In this document: piece after piece, positions 49,143 through 58,231 of the stretch | Position numbering within the stretch: the stretch's first letter is position 1 | Layout: each line of letters begins with the position of its first letter | Assembly: GCA_903927615.1 (NCBI GenBank) | Contig: CAIYNU010000086.1 | Coordinates: 4,042-68,041, forward strand | Length of the DNA: 64,000 nt | Origin: an uncultured Rhodospirillales bacterium | Lineage (GTDB): Bacteria; Pseudomonadota; Alphaproteobacteria; Azospirillales; Azospirillaceae | Direction: 5' to 3' | The notes under the pieces: model-generated | The model's input: only the letters and a program-made list of their open reading frames with translations | Databases searched by the model: none | What the model was told of the DNA's origin: nothing | Program-made: the position numbers and the translations under genes

Positions 49143-50532
49143 ATGAAGAGGAACGGGATCAAAGGGCCGGTGGAGGCCGTTCGCGCGGCGGTTCTCCTGG
49201 GATTTTGCGGTGTCGCGGCCGGGGCGATGGTCGCCGCGGGTCCAGGCAGTGCCCGTGCGGCGGAGATCGATTTGCCGACGGGTTGGCATTTCTCGGGCGT
49301 GGCCCAGAAGTTGCCAAACGGTTTCACCAACATTAACGGTGTCCTGACCAAACCGGGCCAGGCGCCGATCAGCCTTCAGGGCGCCAACGCCACCACCCCG
49401 GATAACGTCGTTTACAACGCGAATGGCCAGATTGCCCTGAACAGCCAGGCCTATCGGCCGTTCCAGTGCAGTTACAACTCCGCGACCGGGGCCGTCTCGA
49501 ATCCCAACTGCCTGATTGCTTTCCAGGCCTTGTTTACCTCGCAACAATTGTCCGGCGCCGAAGTCGCGGCCCGTCAGGTCGCGGTTGTTCAAAGCCAGCG
49601 CGTTCAGGCACAACAAGCCGTCAATCTGATCGGTGCCCGTATCGCTGACGCCCTGCTCCCCAATCGGCGCGTGTCGGGTTCGACCAAGCAAAGCGACGCC
49701 GGCGGCGGGGTGGTGGCCATGGACGGCCGCAACGGCATCTCTGGGGTGTCGGCCGGCGACGACCAATACACCAACAGCCTGTGGGCCAGCTATAGCCATA
49801 GCTGGGTCGCCAACAACTGGAATGCCTTGAAGTCCCAATCGGACATCAACACCGGCGTGGTTGGCGGCGACGTCAAGATTCAGAATAACCTGTTGTTGGG
49901 TCTGACCTTCACCTATCAATCAAACGTGGGGACGACGAACTTTAACGACGGCACGCTCGATGCGTCGAGCTACACCTTCGTTCCCTACGGCGCCATCAGC
50001 TTCCTGGATAATCAGATCGTTCTTGATGTGATGTCCGGCGCTGGCTTCAGCGACAGCTCCACCAAGCGGTCGCGCAGTGTCGCCGCGGTGAGCGGTTCTT
50101 ATGGCAGCGATAGCTGGATGTTTGCCACCCACGCGACCTACAACCTGCCGGTCAATAACTGGAACCTTTCGGCCAAGGCCGGTTGGTTGATGACCTACAA
50201 TTGGGCCGACCGGTTCACGGAAAGCAACGGCACCGTCAATCCGACCCAGGTCACCCGGCTTGGCGAAGTCAGCCTGGCCGGTCGTGCGGGCTACACCATC
50301 GACCAGTTCGAGCCCTATACCGGTCTGACCTATGCCCATGACGTGATCCTTGCCCCCGGATGCGGTCGGAATGACCGGCGCAACCTTAGGCCGGGATGAA
50401 CTCGTTGCCTTGATCGGCCTGAACTGGACCGCCACCGATCGGGTCAACGCCGGCCTTGAACTGAGCAATACCTTCTTCCGCAAGAACGAAGACAACACCA
50501 CGGTGGTGGTGTCCGGGCGCTACGCCTTCTGA
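49143..50532 (+). pseudogene. Autotransporter-type outer-membrane beta-barrel protein, interrupted by a +1 frameshift at a C5 tract (50353-50357)
   Basis: Signal peptide and short passenger, then barrel-like alternating strands (LWASYSHSW, LLLGLTFTYQSN...). The 49143-frame ORF stops at 50399. The barrel C-terminus ...LIGLNWTATDRVNAGLELSNTFF....VVVSGRYAF continues in the next frame (50350-50532). Deleting one C from the C5 tract restores a continuous reading frame. Confidence 0.7.
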
Positions 50533-50977
50533 TCTTTGCCCAACCGGTTCCCGGGGCTTCCATCGGAAGCCCCGGGGCGCTTCGGACCCGTCATCGCCAC
50601 CGGTGCTCTCGAGTCTCTCCCGGAGCCGGGTTTTGGTGGAACGGTCATTGCGAAAAAGCGTTTGCATCTGACAGAAAATTGCCGGTGCGGGTGTTTCCGT
50701 GGGGTTGGAGCCACACCCCGGACGAATCCCCTTGTGTTGACGGTGGTCGCTGATTTAACCTGCCGTTGCTTGGTAATCGTTTGGATTGGGCCCCGCTCTG
50801 CTTGGGGGATTGTCGCAGAGGCGGCGATCAGGCAATCCGATGATCCCAGATCCAGAGAAAAGTGGACGCGCAGTGCCAGTTTTTTGTTGTGACGTCGGCG
50901 ACGTGATCGCGCTGGCGGGGCTTTCTCTCGATCAGGCGTGGCGGCGAAAACAACAGGACCGACTTGAGGAGGGGCGT

Positions 50978-51157
50978 ATGAGGAGGAAGTGTAAGAATAC
51001 ATCCTGCCGTATTGTTTGCCCAGACTGCGGAAGTCGACTCTCTACCTTGGATCATGGCTGTTCCATCTGTTATGAATGCGGATGGTCATGGTCTCCGGGG
51101 GTTCATTATAAAAGAAATACGCCGTCTTCGGCGGCTAAATTGCAAACCGGTGGTTAA
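50978..51157 (+). CDS. Small (59 aa) Cys-rich zinc-ribbon-like hypothetical protein
   Basis: Strong Shine-Dalgarno sequence GAGGAGG 5 nt before ATG 50978. MRRKCKNTSCRIVCPDCGSRLSTLDHGCSICYECG has 7 Cys including CxxC pairs. Lower GC than the surroundings. No homology recognised. Confidence 0.35.
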   Translation: MRRKCKNTSCRIVCPDCGSRLSTLDHGCSICYECGWSWSPGVHYKRNTPSSAAKLQTGG

Positions 51158-51413
51158 TCGGTGCGATTCGCAACGCTTGCACCCGAACCGTCCTCCCTTC
51201 CCTCCTTGTCGGGGGAGGGGAGTTAGAGGGGGGCTCCCGGCTTCGTTTCGTCATGGCCTGCCGCCATCCCATGAAATCTGTTGAGACCTGCGGTGTCGGG
51301 TCTCATGGCTGTTCCCGGAGCCCCCGGTTTGTGTGATATGGTCCGAGCCAGGGCCGTCGCGCGGAAGTGTGGTGAGCGGACGGCGCCGGTGACGTTGCGA
51401 GGGGAGTAGGCTA

Positions 51414-51839
51414 ATGTCCGTCGAGTGGAATGACAGCTTGTTCCTAAGCCATGAAATCATGGACGAAGATCACCGGAAAATGGCGGCGCTGATCAATAAG
51501 CTCTATCTGAGCGTCAATGAAAGCTTCGGCAAGGAGGCAACCTGTCGGGCCGCTCAAGGGTTGCTGGAATTTTCCCGGGCCCACTTTGATCACGAAAAGC
51601 GCCTGATGGAGCGTCATCGCTATCCCGATACCATGAGGCATTTGTGGCAGCATCGGGAGTTGCTGGATGAACTGAGTTCATTGATCTACGGCCTGGAAGG
51701 GTCCAGTGCAAATATTAAGGCCGACACCATCGAGTTTATCGATAAATGGTTTACCATCCATCTTCGGGACAGCGACGCCAAGCTGGCCTATTTTCTTAAT
51801 AATCTTGATCACGACTCCGAGGCCCGACCGACCGCATGA
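51414..51839 (+). CDS. Bacteriohemerythrin (hemerythrin-like metal-binding protein)
   Basis: VEWNDSLFLSHEIMDEDHRKMAALINKL...HFDHEKRLMERHRYPD...H...H...WFTIHLRDSDAKLA. The His/Asp ligand pattern matches hemerythrin. Confidence 0.85.
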   Translation: MSVEWNDSLFLSHEIMDEDHRKMAALINKLYLSVNESFGKEATCRAAQGLLEFSRAHFDHEKRLMERHRYPDTMRHLWQHRELLDELSSLIYGLEGSSANIKADTIEFIDKWFTIHLRDSDAKLAYFLNNLDHDSEARPTA

Positions 51840-52000
51840 GCGATCGGTTGGGTGCCTTGCGCAGGGTGGAGGGCGTGTGAGACAAAATGGCTCCCCGGTG
51901 TCGGACTGCGCGCTTTGTTGTGAGCAACCCGCGACCCCCCGGATATCCCCCTCCGATGCCCCGTCCCCCGGTGCCCCGAGTCGCGTCGTCATGGCCAGAC

Positions 52001-52070
52001 CACAGACCCCTTAGACAACGTCAGACCCCTTCGAACGCCTTCAGACAACTTTAGACAACTTTAGACAAGA
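52001..52070 (+). repeat. Seven contiguous 10-bp units (consensus tYAGACMMCt) ending 11 bp before the acnB start codon
   Basis: cacagacccc/ttagacaacg/tcagacccct/tcgaacgcct/tcagacaact/ttagacaact/ttagacaaga, read directly. The period is exactly 10 bp. Confidence 0.85.
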
Positions 52071-52081
52071 GGATACCGCCC

Positions 52082-54667
52082 GTGCTTGAAGCCTATCGCC
52101 TGCATGTCGCTGAGCGTGCCGCGCTCGGGATTCCGCCCGTGCCGTTGACCGCGAAGCAGACCGAGGAGTTGACCGGCCTCCTGAAGTCCCCGCCCCAGGG
52201 CGAAGAGCAGGTTCTGGTCGACCTCATCACCTATCGGGTTCCGGCCGGTGTCGACGATGCCGCCAAGGTCAAGGCCGATTTTCTCGCCAAGCTGGCTCGG
52301 GGTGAAGAGACCTCGCCGCTGATCTCCAAGGTGAAGGCCACCGAGTTGCTCGGCACCATGCTCGGCGGCTTCAACATCAAGCCGTTGATCGGCCTGCTGG
52401 CCTGCCCCGAGTGCGCCGCGGCGGCGGCGGCCGGGTTGAAGACGACCCTCTTGATGTTCGATTACTTCCATGATGTCAAGGAGCTGGCCGACCAGGGCAA
52501 TGAGCCGGCCAAGGGCGTGTTGCAGTCCTGGGCCGATGCCGAGTGGTTTACCTCCCGTCCGGAAGTGCCGGCCAGCCTGACCATCACCGTGTTCAAGGTG
52601 ACCGGCGAGACCAACACCGACGACCTGTCGCCGGCTCCCGATGCCTGGAGCCGCCCTGACATCCCCCTGCATGCGTTGGCCATGCTGAAGAATGCCCGGC
52701 CGGGGATCAACCCCGACCAAGCCGGTGCCCGCGGCCCGATCGGGCAGTTGGACGCGCTGAAGGCCAAGGGGAACCTTGTGGCCTATGTCGGTGACGTGGT
52801 CGGCACCGGCTCTTCGCGGAAGTCCGCCACCAATTCGGTGTTGTGGTTCACCGGCGAGGACATTCCGTTCGTGCCCAACAAGCGGTTCGGCGGCGTCTGT
52901 CTGGGCACCAAGATCGCTCCGATCTTCTACAACACCATGGAAGACGCGGGCGCCCTGCCCATCGAGGTCGATGTGTCCCGGCTGGACATGGGCGACGTGG
53001 TGGAGTTGCGGCCCTATGACGGCAAGGTTCTGAAGAACGGCGAGGTCGTCGCCGAATTCACCGTCAAGTCCGAGGTGATTTTCGACGAAGTGCGGGCCGG
53101 TGGCCGGATTCCGTTGATTGTCGGCCGTGGCCTGACCAGCAAGGCGCGGGAGTCCCTGGGCCTGCCGGCCTCGACCCTGTTCCGCCTGCCGTCGGTCCCC
53201 GCCGACAGCGTCAAGGGCTTCACCCTGGCCCAGAAGATGGTCGGCCGCGCCTGCGGTCTGCCGGACAACGTGGGCATGCGTCCGGGGGCCTATTGCGAGC
53301 CGAAGATGACCACCGTCGGCTCCCAGGACACCACCGGCCCGATGACCCGGGACGAGTTGAAGGATCTGGCCTGCCTTGGTTTTTCGGCCGATCTGGTGAT
53401 GCAGTCGTTCTGCCACACCGCCGCTTATCCCAAGCTGGTGGACGTGAAAATGCATCACGAGCTGCCGGGCTTCATCGCCACCCGGGGCGGCGTCAGCCTG
53501 CGGCCCGGTGACGGCGTCATTCACTCGTGGCTGAACCGCCTGCTGATGCCCGACACCGTCGGCACCGGCGGCGATTCCCACACCCGCTTCCCCATCGGCA
53601 TTTCGTTCCCGGCCGGCTCCGGTCTGGTGGCGTTCGCCGCCGCCACCGGCGTCATGCCCCTGGATATGCCGGAATCGGTGCTGGTGCGTTTCAAGGGCCA
53701 GATGCAGTCGGGCGTTACCTTGCGGGATCTGGTTAACGCCATTCCGCTGTATGCCATCCGTCAGGGGCTGCTGACCGTCGAAAAGAAGGGCAAGAAGAAC
53801 ATCTTTTCTGGCCGTATCCTGGAAATCGAAGGTTTGCCCGACCTCAAGGTGGAACAGGCCTTCGAGCTGTCGGACGCCTCGGCCGAACGGTCCGCCGCGG
53901 CGTGTACCGTCCGGCTCGATCAGGCGCCGATCATCGAGTATCTGCGCTCGAACATCACCCTGATGAAGTGGATGATCGCCAGCGGCTATCAGGATGCCCG
54001 CACGCTTGGCCGGCGCATCAAGGCGATGGAAGCCTGGATCGCCAATCCGGTGCTGTTGGCCCCCGATGCCGACGCCGAATACGCGGCGGTGATCGAGATC
54101 GATCTGGCCGATGTGAAGGAACCCATCGTCGCCTGCCCCAACGATCCGGACGACGTGAAGCTGTTGTCCGACGTGGCCGGCGCCAAAATCGACGAAGTGT
54201 TCATCGGTTCGTGCATGACCAACATCGGGCACTTCCGTGCGGCGGCCAAGGTGCTGGACGGCATGTCCGACATTCCGACCCGGCTGTGGATTGCGCCGCC
54301 CACCAAGATGGACGCCCTGGTGCTGAACGAGGAAGGCTACTACGCCATTCTCGGCAAGTCGGGGGCCCGGATGGAGATGCCCGGCTGTTCGCTGTGCATG
54401 GGCAACCAGGCTCAGATCCGCAAGGGCTCCACGGCCATGTCGACCTCGACCCGGAACTTCCCGAACCGGCTGGGGATCGACACCCAGGTCTATCTCGGTT
54501 CGGCGGAATTGGCGGCGGTGTGCGCCCTGATGGGCAAAATCCCCACCGTGGCTGAATATCTGGAACAGGTGGCGGTTCTCAACAAGAAGGCTGCCGACAT
54601 CTATCGGTACATGAACTTTGACCAGATCCCCGTGTTCAGCGAGGTGGCGGACGGGGTTGCGGCGTAA
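52082..54667 (+). CDS. acnB: Aconitate hydratase B (bifunctional aconitase / 2-methylisocitrate dehydratase)
   Basis: The N-terminus [42 protein letters not shown] closely mirrors the E. coli AcnB N-terminus. Fe-S cluster Cys motifs lie in the C-terminal half. GTG start. Confidence 0.95.
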   Translation: MLEAYRLHVAERAALGIPPVPLTAKQTEELTGLLKSPPQGEEQVLVDLITYRVPAGVDDAAKVKADFLAKLARGEETSPLISKVKATELLGTMLGGFNIKPLIGLLACPECAAAAAAGLKTTLLMFDYFHDVKELADQGNEPAKGVLQSWADAEWFTSRPEVPASLTITVFKVTGETNTDDLSPAPDAWSRPDIPLHALAMLKNARPGINPDQAGARGPIGQLDALKAKGNLVAYVGDVVGTGSSRKSATNSVLWFTGEDIPFVPNKRFGGVCLGTKIAPIFYNTMEDAGALPIEVDVSRLDMGDVVELRPYDGKVLKNGEVVAEFTVKSEVIFDEVRAGGRIPLIVGRGLTSKARESLGLPASTLFRLPSVPADSVKGFTLAQKMVGRACGLPDNVGMRPGAYCEPKMTTVGSQDTTGPMTRDELKDLACLGFSADLVMQSFCHTAAYPKLVDVKMHHELPGFIATRGGVSLRPGDGVIHSWLNRLLMPDTVGTGGDSHTRFPIGISFPAGSGLVAFAAATGVMPLDMPESVLVRFKGQMQSGVTLRDLVNAIPLYAIRQGLLTVEKKGKKNIFSGRILEIEGLPDLKVEQAFELSDASAERSAAACTVRLDQAPIIEYLRSNITLMKWMIASGYQDARTLGRRIKAMEAWIANPVLLAPDADAEYAAVIEIDLADVKEPIVACPNDPDDVKLLSDVAGAKIDEVFIGSCMTNIGHFRAAAKVLDGMSDIPTRLWIAPPTKMDALVLNEEGYYAILGKSGARMEMPGCSLCMGNQAQIRKGSTAMSTSTRNFPNRLGIDTQVYLGSAELAAVCALMGKIPTVAEYLEQVAVLNKKAADIYRYMNFDQIPVFSEVADGVAA

Positions 54668-54680
54668 CCGAGGTGCCGTT

Positions 54681-54712
54681 GGCGGGGTCCGGGGTTGCGC
54701 CCGGACCCCGCC
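54681..54712 (+). terminator. 12-bp GC stem hairpin directly after acnB
   Basis: ggcggggtccgg-ggttgcgc-ccggaccccgcc. The following T-tract is weak (ttcgtc). Confidence 0.45.
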
Positions 54713-54800
54713 TTCGTCATGGGTTCCAAGGGGTCACCCCTTGGTGGGGTCCAGGGGCGAAGCCCCGGGTGGGGGCTAGGGGCAACGCCCCCGCCCGCCG
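54713..54800. repeat. REP-like hairpin cluster between convergent acnB and cheD, related to the element at 4396-4480 (inverted orientation)
   Basis: ccttcgtcatgggttccaagggg resembles the reverse complement of cccttggaacccttgacgtcatgagg at 4409-4434. Hairpin ccaagggg-tca-ccccttgg (54726-54744). gggtccaggggcgaagcccc resembles gggtgcagggcggagccc at 4459-4476. Confidence 0.4.
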
Positions 54801-54806
54801 GGCGGT

Positions 54807-55274
54807 TTATCGCGAACGCCCGATCGGGCGCAGACGGATGGCGCCGGACCAGCTTTCCATTTCGATGGTGATGCCGGTTTGTCCGCCCACCCGTTCCGCC
54901 ACCAGGGGAATGTGCAGGCGGACCAGTTCCTGCCGGGCGAGGGCGATGTTTTGATGGCCGATGGCGAAGAGCGACAGCGCCTCTGGCCACAGGGCATTGG
55001 CACCGCCGAATATTTTGGCGGTCAAGGCGGGACCCCGGCTGCCCGACGCTTCCAGGTTCGCCACCAGTTGCCCGATGGCCGCGTCCCCGAAATAGGGATC
55101 GTCGCGCCGGTGGTTGGGCGCGTGGGGCATGACGAAATGGTTCATGCCGCCGATGCCCCGGATCGGGTCATGCAGACAGACGGCGACGCACGAGCCCAGC
55201 GTGGTGGCGATGACGCACGGCTCCAGGCCCACATGGTAGCACCCGGGCGTAATCGTGATCCGGGGCGTGGTCAT
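54807..55274 (-). CDS. cheD: Chemoreceptor glutamine deamidase CheD (orphan; no other che genes in the window)
   Basis: ITPGCYHVG..PCVIATTLGSCVAVCLHDPIRGIGGMNHFVMP. Confidence 0.85.
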   Translation of the reverse strand: MTTPRITITPGCYHVGLEPCVIATTLGSCVAVCLHDPIRGIGGMNHFVMPHAPNHRRDDPYFGDAAIGQLVANLEASGSRGPALTAKIFGGANALWPEALSLFAIGHQNIALARQELVRLHIPLVAERVGGQTGITIEMESWSGAIRLRPIGRSR

Positions 55275-55758
55275 AGGGACCGCCAAAGGACGTCCGAGCG
55301 GCTGTGGCGGACGCCGGTGGGCTCATCGGCCATGGGAACCTGGATTTTGGTGTTGGCTGTCATGATGGGGTCACGGATACCGGCTGCCCATGATGCTCGA
55401 GAACGCCTGAGACGGCCAGGGGGCGTGTAAGGGTGCGCCTGAGTCCGGACGAGTCCGGTTGTCAAGCTGAAAGGGAGGACGGACGGGTCAAACGCATGGC
55501 TCGCGGTTAGCAAGGTGTTCAACAACCAGTCTCAAAAGGCAGGCATTTTTCGGTTGAAGCTCTGCGTGATTGCGCCCATATCTTGGCGTAAGTTACCCGT
55601 CGGGGTTGCTGTTCGTTGGGCGGTTCCGTCAACTTCGAGGTGTTGACGATCGGTCCGACCAAACAGACTTTGTTCGAGAACCGGGCGGGTGTTGGCGTCC
55701 CGAGCCCATAACGGGTCCCGCGCCCGCACCAGGATACGCAACAGAAGGGGGCAATAGC

Positions 55759-56640
55759 ATGACAGATTTTGTCATTCAGCCGTCGGGCGGGGCCGGCTGG
55801 GGGGGCGGTTGGCGTCGCCGTGCGATCTCGATGGTGGCCAGTGTTTCATTGGTGACGGCCAGCCTGACCGGCTGTACGACGCAACAGTCGCGCATCGGGA
55901 CCGACGATGGAACCGATAGCTGCCGCACCTATGTGGTCGCGCTGGATTCCACGGGGAACTATTATGCCGAAGACATGATCCAGGGGGCCATGATCGGCGC
56001 CGTGGGCGGCGCCTTGATGGGCGGGTTGCTGAGCGGCAGTTGGAAGGGGGCGGCCGTGGGGGCCGCGGCCGGAGCGGTGGCCGGGGCGATCGGCGGTTAC
56101 TGGCAGAACCGGATGCAGCAGGGCCGGGATCAGGCGATTCTCTCGGTGGTGTCCGATATGCGGCATGAAAACGAGCAACTGGACAAAACCAACGGGGCCT
56201 TCCAGCAGCTTAGCGATTGCCGCCATCGGGAGGCGGCGCAAATCAAAGCCCAATACGCCGCCAAGGCGATCAGCCGGGAGGAGGCCCAAAGCCGGCTCCG
56301 GCATCTGGCCAGCCTCGCGCGCAAGGACCTGGAAATTTTGAATACCATCACCGCAAATTCGAACAAGCGGGTGAGCGAATACCAGTATGCCGCGGCCCAG
56401 ATCGATCCGAGCCTGCCGCCGCCGGCCCCCGAGCCGGTTTATCAACCGCCTGCCACGCCGGAGGCGACCAGGGCCGTCACCCCCCGGCACACCCCGACCG
56501 CGGCGCCCAAGCCTCGGGTGACCCAGCGCCCCGAATCGAGTCAGCAATTCGCCTCGCTTCAAGCCAAGAATACGTCGTTGAATGCCGGTAAGGCCAGTTA
56601 TGCTCAGGACGTCGGTGGTTGGGAGAACGGCGTAACCTGA
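55759..56640 (+). CDS. Hypothetical lipoprotein with glycine-zipper segment, coiled-coil region and Pro-rich tail
   Basis: Lipobox SLTGC. Glycine zipper GAMIGAVGGALMGGLLSGSWKGAAVGAAAGAVAGAIGG. GAAGGGGG Shine-Dalgarno sequence before ATG 55759. Confidence 0.6.
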   Translation: MTDFVIQPSGGAGWGGGWRRRAISMVASVSLVTASLTGCTTQQSRIGTDDGTDSCRTYVVALDSTGNYYAEDMIQGAMIGAVGGALMGGLLSGSWKGAAVGAAAGAVAGAIGGYWQNRMQQGRDQAILSVVSDMRHENEQLDKTNGAFQQLSDCRHREAAQIKAQYAAKAISREEAQSRLRHLASLARKDLEILNTITANSNKRVSEYQYAAAQIDPSLPPPAPEPVYQPPATPEATRAVTPRHTPTAAPKPRVTQRPESSQQFASLQAKNTSLNAGKASYAQDVGGWENGVT

Positions 56641-56944
56641 ATGGGCTACGGTTGACCGGAGGGCGGGGAGGGCGGAGCGGTCGGGGCCTGTCTTCCCCAG
56701 TCTTCCAAAACGGTCGAGACTCTATATGGAAACGGCGATTGTGGCGCAAATTCGCTGTGCACCTTGGAAAGCAACCGGCCGGCGGTCTGTTCGGCAGATC
56801 AAAAAATGGGTGAGGGGCAAAGCAGGTGGTAAGGTCGAGTAACAAATATCGAGACCGCTTCGTCGTCCGGTCGATCGACAATTCGGCGCCGGTGCTGAAA
56901 CAGGTGAAGCAAACTGTGGCAAACGGCGAACTGGAGATCGGATA

Positions 56945-57931
56945 ATGGCCGAAATAGACGAAGATGTTGCATGGAAAGTGGCGTGCTCGAAGGATACAAT
57001 AATTTCATATCAAGGGTTTCTTAAACAATTCCCGAAGAGTATGAGGGTCACAGCCGCTCAGATGCGGATTGACCGTTTACAGGATTGCGCTTCAGACGAT
57101 AAAAGTTTTTCGGCAGGCGGCGGGGCATCCCTGGCTGGTTTTCTTCTGGTGAGTTGTCGAAAGTTGTTATTGAATGTAACTAAAGTTATTTTGTTGTTAA
57201 TTGGAATTGGGTTTGGTGTCATTATAGTTAATTTTGAATGGATTAGAAGATTGGGATTCTTGCCCTATGATCGACGATTCGATGTCGTAGACTACAAAAT
57301 AATTATTGCTCTTATCATTTCTATCGTTGTTGCGGTTTGTGGGGCATTTGCTCAGAGGTATTTGCTAAAAAGAACAGTTTCTGTGATAAATTTATTGATA
57401 GTTTTTATTTTTTTATTTTCTGTTGTTATGGCGTGCATTTTTTCTTATCGAGGCGCCCTTTTGTTTGAAACCTTGGTTGGCCCTATATCACTTGAAAATG
57501 AAATTAATCGGTATGTGAATAAGCACGGCAAACCACCAGAAAACTTAGGGCAATTTGTTCCTCCCCACGCAATGGGCGGGGGTTTTTGGTATTGTATTGA
57601 TAATGAGAAGGCCTTGTTGATATCAACCCGGTTTATTAGCGGTGATACATATTATTCAACTAAAAATAAACATTATGGATTTCGTGACTGCGACCATGTT
57701 AGTGATGACTACCCGAAAATGGGTGTATATAACTGCGCACTATACCGATACGGAGAGGACGGGGCTTGGTCATCATCAAGCTTTATTGCCATAGACGCGA
57801 GCAAATACCAAGTAGATCAACAAAGCCTTGATCGAATTAGAAGTGTTATGGAGAAGTTTTCGAACACAAGCGGATCGGATCTGATAGTCGAAGCACTTAC
57901 GGCTTCAAAGTGTCACAGTGGTGGCTCGTGA
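56945..57931 (+). CDS. AT-rich hypothetical membrane protein (cytoplasmic N-domain, about 4 TM helices, Cys-containing C-terminal domain)
   Basis: 328-aa ORF in a markedly AT-rich stretch with Ile/Lys/Asn/Phe-rich composition. TM helices VILLLIGIGFGVIIVNF, IIIALIISIVVAVCGAF and LLIVFIFLFSVVMACIF. No homology recognised. Confidence 0.6.
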   Translation: MAEIDEDVAWKVACSKDTIISYQGFLKQFPKSMRVTAAQMRIDRLQDCASDDKSFSAGGGASLAGFLLVSCRKLLLNVTKVILLLIGIGFGVIIVNFEWIRRLGFLPYDRRFDVVDYKIIIALIISIVVAVCGAFAQRYLLKRTVSVINLLIVFIFLFSVVMACIFSYRGALLFETLVGPISLENEINRYVNKHGKPPENLGQFVPPHAMGGGFWYCIDNEKALLISTRFISGDTYYSTKNKHYGFRDCDHVSDDYPKMGVYNCALYRYGEDGAWSSSSFIAIDASKYQVDQQSLDRIRSVMEKFSNTSGSDLIVEALTASKCHSGGS

Positions 57932-58231
57932 AATTGCGGGTAAGTTTATGCTGATTTATGCCTATGATATCATAAGAATAGAATTGTTGCATTTTGTTGT
58001 GCATTCCCAAACCGGCACGGGAACGTTAAGGTGGTCTGCTATGAATAGCAATCCGATGAACTGTTGCCGTCGACACCGAAATTGCCGTCGTTCGCTCCTT
58101 CAGTATCGGGCGGAATTCTTCTATCAGTAGAATGGTTGTTATGCTCTGAGCCGCTGCCGGCATGAAGCTCGGGCTGTCGGGTGATATCACTTTCACAGAG
58201 CGGTCGCAGTCGGGTTGAAGGAGGGGGGAGC

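Noticed and set aside
54807-55274. Orphan cheD, the MCP at 26513-28540 and the CheY-like gene at 12518-12931 considered as a dispersed chemotaxis system.
   Set aside because: The genes are tens of kilobases apart, on different strands, and have no CheA or CheW in the window. This more likely reflects the many scattered chemotaxis paralogs typical of this kind of genome.
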